From IMG/VR virus record IMGVR_UViG_3300012931_000019, positions 18,154-82,153 of that record: 64,000 bases of DNA; one strand, written 5' to 3'. The stretch comes from a virus. The translations under genes and the position numbers were made by a program. This document shows positions 61,092 to 64,000 of the stretch, one piece after another. Position 1 is the stretch's first letter. Each line of letters begins with the position of its first letter. Under the pieces are notes generated by a model. The model worked only from the letters and a program-made list of their open reading frames with translations. It searched no databases and was not told the origin of the DNA.

Positions 61092-62426
61092 ATGGCGTTA
61101 ACTTATGATGATTATATAAAAGCAATTAAAAGCAAAATTATTCAACCTGTTTTTCGCTTTTCTCTTCTTAATCCAGATGAAAGCGTGAAACAAGATATAT
61201 CAGAATATCTCATTAATGGAAGTGGTTCTTTATCAATAAATTATCAACAAGGGCAAAGAAGGAGTTTAAATTTTGCACTTAGGAATCCGGGTGGAATTTG
61301 GACTCCTAATGCTAATACTAATAATATGTGGATTGGAACAAAATTCAAATTAGATTTAGGAATCCGAATAAAATCGACGTTTTATGTTGACACCTTAGAT
61401 GGGGGAACTGCAAGTTCCACTTTTGCTGATACAGTAGATGGTGGTTCTGCAAGTTCATCTGGTTCAACTATTATAAACGGTGGAGTAGCTAGATGGGAAA
61501 TAGGTTCTGATGGTACAAGTACATATTGGTATTCTAATGGTGTGTTTCCAATTGGTGATCCAAATTCGACGCATAATAATTCAGATAAACAGGTATCCAT
61601 TCAATGTTATGATAAGTTCGCTTTATTAGATGGAACTTTAGGTGGTGTCACGGAAGGAACTTATACTATTTCATCAGGGACAAATATAAAACAAGCTGTG
61701 GCTGATATATTAATGTCGGACAATGGTAATGGATATCCCATTGATATGAAACCATTGATATTTGATAGTAGATATGCAAGTACTGTAACTTCTTATACTA
61801 TAACTAAAAGTCCGAATAGTAGTCTTGGAGAAATTATAATAGAGTTAGCTAATATGATTTCTTGTGATGTTTATTATAATGAAAGTGGAAATTTGGTTTT
61901 TCAAGCTGGAATTGATGACATTGCTCATATTAACAAACCTACTTTATGGACTTATTCTGATAGTGAATTGGAATATATAAGTTCAAATTTAACCCATAAT
62001 TTCAGTAAAGTTAAAAACCGAGTTACTGTATTTGCTACAAATTCAAGTACTAATGTAAGTTATTCTGCATTGTCAGAAAATACAAATCCAACTTCTCCAA
62101 CACGAATATCAAAGATTGGAATTAAAAATTATTACCTAGAAGATAACAATATAAGTTCAGATGATTTGGCTCAAGATAGAGCAGATTATGAACTAAATAA
62201 ATTAGCAATTGTACAATTAACCAATAATTTACAATCTACATATATGGCACATTTAGATGTAAACAAATGTATCGCAGTAAGCGATACTTTTTTTGGTTTT
62301 AAAGATACGAGGTTTATTATACAATCTCTTGATATACCATTGGAAACTGGAAGTCAAATTGACATTACAGCTTCTAATATTGCAGAGTTGCCATTCTATG
62401 ATTCAACAACAGGATCAACATCGTAA
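61092..62426 (+). CDS. Tail tip/baseplate hub protein (YomG-like)
   Basis: RRSLNF, CYDKFALLDG, YYNESGNLVF, HLDVN motifs. Confidence 0.75.
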   Translation: MALTYDDYIKAIKSKIIQPVFRFSLLNPDESVKQDISEYLINGSGSLSINYQQGQRRSLNFALRNPGGIWTPNANTNNMWIGTKFKLDLGIRIKSTFYVDTLDGGTASSTFADTVDGGSASSSGSTIINGGVARWEIGSDGTSTYWYSNGVFPIGDPNSTHNNSDKQVSIQCYDKFALLDGTLGGVTEGTYTISSGTNIKQAVADILMSDNGNGYPIDMKPLIFDSRYASTVTSYTITKSPNSSLGEIIIELANMISCDVYYNESGNLVFQAGIDDIAHINKPTLWTYSDSELEYISSNLTHNFSKVKNRVTVFATNSSTNVSYSALSENTNPTSPTRISKIGIKNYYLEDNNISSDDLAQDRADYELNKLAIVQLTNNLQSTYMAHLDVNKCIAVSDTFFGFKDTRFIIQSLDIPLETGSQIDITASNIAELPFYDSTTGSTS

Positions 62427-62442
62427 AGGAAGGAGTGTGGAT

Positions 62443-62679
62443 TTGTTGGATATTAGTGAAGACGAATTAATTGAGTTAATAAGAAAAATCGTTAAACAAG
62501 AAATAAAAAATAATTCATCAAATATAGAGTATTCGTATTACGGAAAAGTTTATTCAACCAATACGGATGGCACTTTTAATGTTCAGAATACTTCGGATGG
62601 TGGAATTTATACGAATTTATTAAATCAAACAGGAGCATCTCTTTCTGTGGGAGATGTAGTGAAGATTTCGGCAAAAGGT
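62443..62679 (+). CDS. Small tail-tip OB-fold protein, 5' exon (interrupted)
   Basis: AGGAG RBS and TTG start; YGKV...DGTFNV...LSVGDVVKI; reaches a P1-type splice site after AAAGGT. Confidence 0.65.
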
Positions 62680-63070
62680 GACAAAACAGATAATAAATTA
62701 TATATCTGTTTAGCCTCGTATGTACAGAAATGTGCATAGGACACAGTTTTAATTGCAAGTAATTCCTAAAGCTCTCATGCCACAACATAAGGATGAAAAA
62801 TGCCTAAGTGTGATGGAACGAAAGTAGAAAAAAGTTGAGAGATGGCATATGGTTAAATCCTAAGTGCTTTAAATGGATGTTTATGCAACCAAACTTCGAA
62901 TAGAAGAAGGCTCGACGGTCAGATAGAAATATCGTACCCTCAAGTGAGGGGAAATGGACTGCCCTTAACATATAATGGTGAAGGTGAAGACATGACCTGC
63001 GCTCATATGAAAGTATGAGAAGTTCGAAAGAGAACTGCATAGAATTAACGACTCTATGTGAACAAGTATG
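62680..63070 (+). ncRNA. Group I intron ribozyme core (intron 4)
   Basis: P1 AGGU/GCCU; AATTGCAAG..., P3 CAGTTT/GGACTG, P7 GGTCA 62917 with TGACC 62993, P9 hairpins; 3' splice site not determined. Confidence 0.8.
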
Positions 63071-63185
63071 AAATTATAAAAAGTTTTCTTTAATAGAATT
63101 TATAAAAAATATTAAATAATAAGTCATTAAATAAGAATGTTTGATATCATTCTTATTTTTATGCAATCAAGGAGAAGCAACAAAA

Positions 63186-64000
63186 ATGATAAAAGGATTT
63201 AGAATTCAAATATATCCAAATGAATTTCAACGAGAACAAATAATTAAATTTTGTAATGCGGCTAGGTTTGCTTATAATTGGGCGATAGCTACCGAAGAAG
63301 AAAATTATAAGAATGGGGGAAAGTTTATATCTGGATATGATTTATGTACGAGATTTACAGAATTTAAAAGACAAGAAGAAAATAAATGGTTAAAAGAAAT
63401 ATCGGGAAGAGCATGTAAAGTTGCTATATTAAATGCCGCTAATGCATATGAAAGGTTTTTTAAAAAGATATCTGATAAACCTAAATTTAAATCCAAAAAA
63501 TATAGTAAGATGAAATGTGCAACACATGAAGGTACTATACAGTTTACATCTAATAAGGTCAGATTGGAGAAATTAGGCTGGGTTAAGTTGGCACAGAAAA
63601 ATAGAATTCCAATTAGTGAAAATATAAAATATTTAAATCCAAAAATAGAGTATGATAAGATTAATTTTTGGGTTTCTGTTAGTGTTTATATTATTGATAA
63701 TCAAGATAATAATAAACCAAAAACAGAAGCTATAGGAATCGATTTAGGAATTAAACAATTAGGTATTTGTTCAAATGGAATAAAATTAGATAAACCAGAT
63801 ATTAAGAAACTGAAAAAGAAACTTAAAAGACTTCAAAAACAAATAAGTCGACATTATCAAAAAATGATTGATGAAAGTAAACAAACGAAAATCAAGTTTG
63901 AAAAACTTCCTAAATCAAAGAATTTACTTAAACTTGAAAAAGAAATAAAAAAACTATATATAAAAATAGATAATATTCTTACAACAAATATACATGAATT
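63186..64000 (+). CDS. tnpB: TnpB nuclease, IS607-type (truncated by window end; not in ORF track)
   Basis: MIKGFRIQIYPN...ARFAYNWA...PKFKSKK...IGIDLGIK (RuvC-I); frame open to 64000. Confidence 0.9.
   Translation, partial: MIKGFRIQIYPNEFQREQIIKFCNAARFAYNWAIATEEENYKNGGKFISGYDLCTRFTEFKRQEENKWLKEISGRACKVAILNAANAYERFFKKISDKPKFKSKKYSKMKCATHEGTIQFTSNKVRLEKLGWVKLAQKNRIPISENIKYLNPKIEYDKINFWVSVSVYIIDNQDNNKPKTEAIGIDLGIKQLGICSNGIKLDKPDIKKLKKKLKRLQKQISRHYQKMIDESKQTKIKFEKLPKSKNLLKLEKEIKKLYIKIDNILTTNIHE

Larger units (their letters stand above)
1..64000. mobile_element. Large SPbeta-like siphovirus/prophage segment (early genes, YonO RNA polymerase, head and tail morphogenesis)
   Basis: YonO-type RNAP, then terminase, portal, protease, capsid, tail tube, tape measure and tail tip in SPbeta yon/yom-like order; Firmicute RBS (AGGAGG) and sigma-A promoters; no host core genes. 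Confidence 0.93.
62680..64000 (+). mobile_element. Candidate IStron (group I intron plus tnpB)
   Basis: Intron core immediately followed by tnpB inside a tail gene; right end outside the window. Confidence 0.65.

Noticed and set aside
62293-62739. ORF-track protein 62293..62739 as given
   Set aside because: The N-terminus overlaps the previous gene, the RBS points to about 62443, and the last ~20 codons are probably intron sequence
15955-63496. Many short ORF-track entries overlapping late genes (e.g. 29304..29555, 37475..37801, 41355..41867, 57227..57646, 62804..63040, 63305..63496)
   Set aside because: Opposite-strand or out-of-frame shadows of well-supported genes, introns or tnpB
1-64000. 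Arbitrium (aimR/aimP), reverse transcriptase/DGR, rRNA
   Set aside because: No TPR receptor with a signal-peptide gene, no YxDD RT and no rRNA-like sequence seen in this window

Overview
This very AT-rich 64 kb window is part of a large SPbeta-like siphovirus or prophage of a Firmicute (Clostridia-like) host. No host housekeeping genes are visible. From left to right it contains: (1) a leftward cluster of small early ORFs with structured spacers (1-6.5 kb), including a hammerhead-ribozyme-like variant; (2) a 2.5 kb non-coding region with a dif-like site; (3) a leftward replication-like module with iteron-like repeats, a tnpB-only IS605-family element and a tyrosine-recombinase-fold gene between twin divergent promoters; (4) a YonO-type single-subunit RNA polymerase followed by the late operon (beta-CASP nuclease, phosphoesterase, ClpP, terminase, portal, ferritin-like protein, protease/scaffold, capsid, connector and tail genes, beta-helix fibre); (5) moron cassettes, notably an agr-like peptide-signalling cassette (AgrB, an unannotated 17-aa AgrD-like peptide, kinase-less membrane proteins), a structured-RNA and tRNA-Gln locus, a papain-like protease, PTH2 and a DUF3990/DUF3791-like pair; (6) a tape measure gene split by three ORF-less group I introns that splice on paper into one 1319-aa frame; (7) tail-tip genes and a group I intron followed by TnpB (candidate IStron) that runs off the window end. 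Family assignments come from motif recognition and synteny by eye; no database searches were run.
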